64,000 nt of DNA. Origin: an uncultured Acidobacteriota bacterium (GTDB taxonomy: Bacteria > Acidobacteriota > Thermoanaerobaculia > Multivoradales > SZUA-115). Below are positions 61,863 to 64,000 of the stretch, piece by piece. The notes under the pieces were generated by a model. The model saw only the letters and a program-made list of their open reading frames with translations. It did not search any database and had not been told where the DNA came from. The position numbers and the translations under genes were made by a program. Each line of letters opens with the position of its first letter. Positions within the stretch are counted from its first letter, which is position 1. Where the stretch lies: the NCBI GenBank assembly GCA_963805975.1, contig CAWDVR010000001.1, positions 864,001-928,000 on the forward strand, in the 5' to 3' direction.

Positions 61863-62861
61863 TCAGAAGAGGTCCGGCGCCGGGCCGGGACCCGGACCCA
61901 CGCCGTCGCGGATCACGGACAGCACGCCCGGCACCCGCGCCAGGGCCTCGGCCGTCCGCGGCTCGTCCGCGGGCTCGCAGATCACGTGCACGTTGGCTCC
62001 GGCGTCCATGGTGGAGTAGGCCGCGGTAGCCGCGCGGCGCAGTCCCCGCACCGCCTCCAGCACGGCCACGGTGGCGGGGTTCCAGTAGAAAACGGGCGGC
62101 CGGGACGACATGGCGATCAGGTGGAGGTCGATCGCCTCCTCCTCGAGCACCGAGCCCAGGAGGGCGAGGTCGCGGCCGGCGATCGCGCCGCGCACGGCTT
62201 CCAGGCGGGCCGGCAGCAGGCCCAGGCGGCGCTCGAAGTAGGGGCTGGACGGCGCCCGGCGGTGGCCTTCGAGTGACGAGACCTCCTTGGCGCCGGTCTC
62301 GACGATCGCGATCACGTCCCGCAGCTCCCAATGCTCCGCGGGCGCCAGCGGCTCGGCCGGCCCTCCCCCTGCCGAACCGTCTCCAGGCCACTCGACGTAG
62401 CCGCCGAAGACCGAGCGCGCCGCCGAGCCGGAGCCGGAGAGGCGGGCGAGGTCCGAGAGCTCGGCCGGGGAGGGATCGGCGCCGAGGGCACCTGCCACCG
62501 CGGTCGCCAGCGCCGCGAAGCCCGAGGCGGAGGAGGCGAGGCCGGCCGAGGCGGGGAAGCTGTTGCGGGTCGCGACCCGGAAGCCGGCGCTCGAGCCCAG
62601 CCGGCCGCGGAGAGCGTCGAGGTGGCCGCGCACGCGGCGGGCAAAGCCGTCGCCCGCCGGGGCGAGAGCGCCGTCCTCGGCCGCCAGCCAGACCTCGTCC
62701 GGTGCGCCGTCGGCCAGGGCCTCGACCGTCGAGTGGCTGACGCAACGCGAGAGGGTCATCGAGATCGAGGGGTTGACCGGGATGGCGCGCCCGAGATCGC
62801 GGGCGCCCCAGTACTTGACGAAGGCGATGTTGGCCGGCGCCGCCACCGAGGCCTTGCTCAA
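61863..62861 (-). CDS. mvaD: (Di)phosphomevalonate decarboxylase, likely acting on mevalonate-5-phosphate
   Basis: NIAFVKYWG, P.N.SIS, AGLASSASG, GSGSA.RS, TMDAG.NVH. Confidence 0.92.
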   Translation of the reverse strand: MSKASVAAPANIAFVKYWGARDLGRAIPVNPSISMTLSRCVSHSTVEALADGAPDEVWLAAEDGALAPAGDGFARRVRGHLDALRGRLGSSAGFRVATRNSFPASAGLASSASGFAALATAVAGALGADPSPAELSDLARLSGSGSAARSVFGGYVEWPGDGSAGGGPAEPLAPAEHWELRDVIAIVETGAKEVSSLEGHRRAPSSPYFERRLGLLPARLEAVRGAIAGRDLALLGSVLEEEAIDLHLIAMSSRPPVFYWNPATVAVLEAVRGLRRAATAAYSTMDAGANVHVICEPADEPRTAEALARVPGVLSVIRDGVGPGPGPAPDLF

Positions 62862-64000
62862 TCCCGGCGCTCCTGGCGCACGCCGTCCACGCCCAGCCGG
62901 GCGTCGTACCTCGGCAGGCCGGCCAGCATCTCCCAGCCGTCCACCTCGGCGGCGCTCGGGTGGTAGACCAGGAGCGAACCGGCGCCGGTACCGGAGAGCG
63001 CGCCGGCGCCCGAGATCTTGGCGGCGCCGCCCTTGGCCTCGATCTCCGCCACCAGCTTCGCAACGGCCGGCGGCACCACGCCCAGCTCGACCAGGGCCGC
63101 GTGGTACTGGCGCAGCAGAGCGAGAGTGCGTTCCGGGTTCTCCTGCCGCCGGGCCAGCTCCTGGCGCAGGCCCCAGGTGGCGCGCTCCATGTGGTCGAAG
63201 AGATCCTCGTAGCGCAGCGGATCGGCGTCGATCTTGGCGCGCACCGCCGCCACCACGGCGCCGGTGGGCTCGTTCGGCGCGCCGGTCGAGAAGATCCGGA
63301 GGTTGGAGAGCAGGGGCGAGGTGGCCTCCAGGGTCTCGAGCTTCACGCCACCGCCCACGTCGCGCCGCGCCCAGAGCAGGCCGCCGTGGAGCACCGCCGC
63401 GTTGTCCACCCCCGAGGGCTGGCCGTGCTGGCGGCGCTCGGCCTCGAGCGACAGGCGGTAGATCTCGCCGGCCTCGGCACGGGCGCCGGCGTAGGTGAGG
63501 AGCGCGTCCACCACGGCCACGGCGGTGGCCGCCGAGCTGCCGAAGCCGGAGCCCACCGGGATCTGCGACTCCACCCGCAGACGGAAGCGGCGCGGCCGTG
63601 CCGCCAGGTGGGCGGCGGCCTCGCCGAGCGCCACCTTCACCACGTGCGCCGGGTCCTCGCCGCGCACTTTGCGGAAGGACTCCGGGCTCGGCCGGCGATG
63701 GTACTCGTCCCAGCTCGTGCGCACCGCCTCGCCGTAGGCCACGAGGTCGCCCCAGCCGACCTCCTCGTGGTGGCCGAGCTGAGGCAGGTCGATCTCGATC
63801 GGGCCCTCGCCCAAGAGCGGCTCGATCGACGCCGAGAGCCGCAGGTCGAGGGCCGCCACCAGTGCCGGCCGGCCGTAGACCACGGCGTGCTCGCCCATCA
63901 GGATCACCTTGCCGGGGGTCGAGACCACGGTCGGCTTGTAGGCCGCGGTGGCGGGCTGGCGGGCGAAGGCGGGCTCGACCGCCGGCGCGGCGGCCGTCTC
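62858..64000 (-). CDS. mvk: Mevalonate kinase (GHMP); reading frame open past the window edge
   Basis: PGKVIL.GEHAVVYG, IP.GSG.GSSAA, HG.PSGVD, KISGAG; 24 more in-frame codons upstream of 63928 with no stop. Confidence 0.9.
   Translation of the reverse strand, partial: ETAAAPAVEPAFARQPATAAYKPTVVSTPGKVILMGEHAVVYGRPALVAALDLRLSASIEPLLGEGPIEIDLPQLGHHEEVGWGDLVAYGEAVRTSWDEYHRRPSPESFRKVRGEDPAHVVKVALGEAAAHLAARPRRFRLRVESQIPVGSGFGSSAATAVAVVDALLTYAGARAEAGEIYRLSLEAERRQHGQPSGVDNAAVLHGGLLWARRDVGGGVKLETLEATSPLLSNLRIFSTGAPNEPTGAVVAAVRAKIDADPLRYEDLFDHMERATWGLRQELARRQENPERTLALLRQYHAALVELGVVPPAVAKLVAEIEAKGGAAKISGAGALSGTGAGSLLVYHPSAAEVDGWEMLAGLPRYDARLGVDGVRQERRD

Overview
A very GC-rich diderm bacterial chromosome segment. 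Gene content and order suggest Acidobacteriota, possibly Thermoanaerobaculia-like; this is inference, not a database result. About 1-42.5 kb is mostly housekeeping: ssb, dtd, HU, TPR-lipoprotein-spoVG-tRNA-Gln-prs-rplY-pth, rpsF-rpsR-rplI, PBP1A, uvrBC, RNase P RNA, ldcA, recG, trpS-scpAB-rluB-hisC-cmk, leucine dehydrogenase, queG, rpsA-ihfB-lpxB-msbA. About 42.5-64 kb is more accessory: an alpha-2-macroglobulin divergent from an ECF sigma/Ser-Thr kinase pair, followed by a subtilase, an HExxH membrane protein, an ABC transporter, a glycosyltransferase, an M1 aminopeptidase, a hicAB pair and a mevalonate kinase/decarboxylase/isopentenyl-phosphate-kinase operon. Main leads: (1) an alternative IPK-type mevalonate route, with ispE absent from its usual syntenic slot; (2) a possible kinase-activated ECF module flanked by a protease trap and a secreted protease; (3) a 17-bp inverted repeat with NikR-box geometry over the start of an outer-membrane protein gene; (4) repeated TANNNT-N6/7-start (leaderless) architecture; (5) a LolB-position lipoprotein and two LapAB-position membrane proteins. 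Four single-base frameshifts between 44 and 58 kb look like sequencing or assembly indels. I saw no CRISPR array, IS or prophage, and I cannot confirm from sequence alone that any lead is undescribed.
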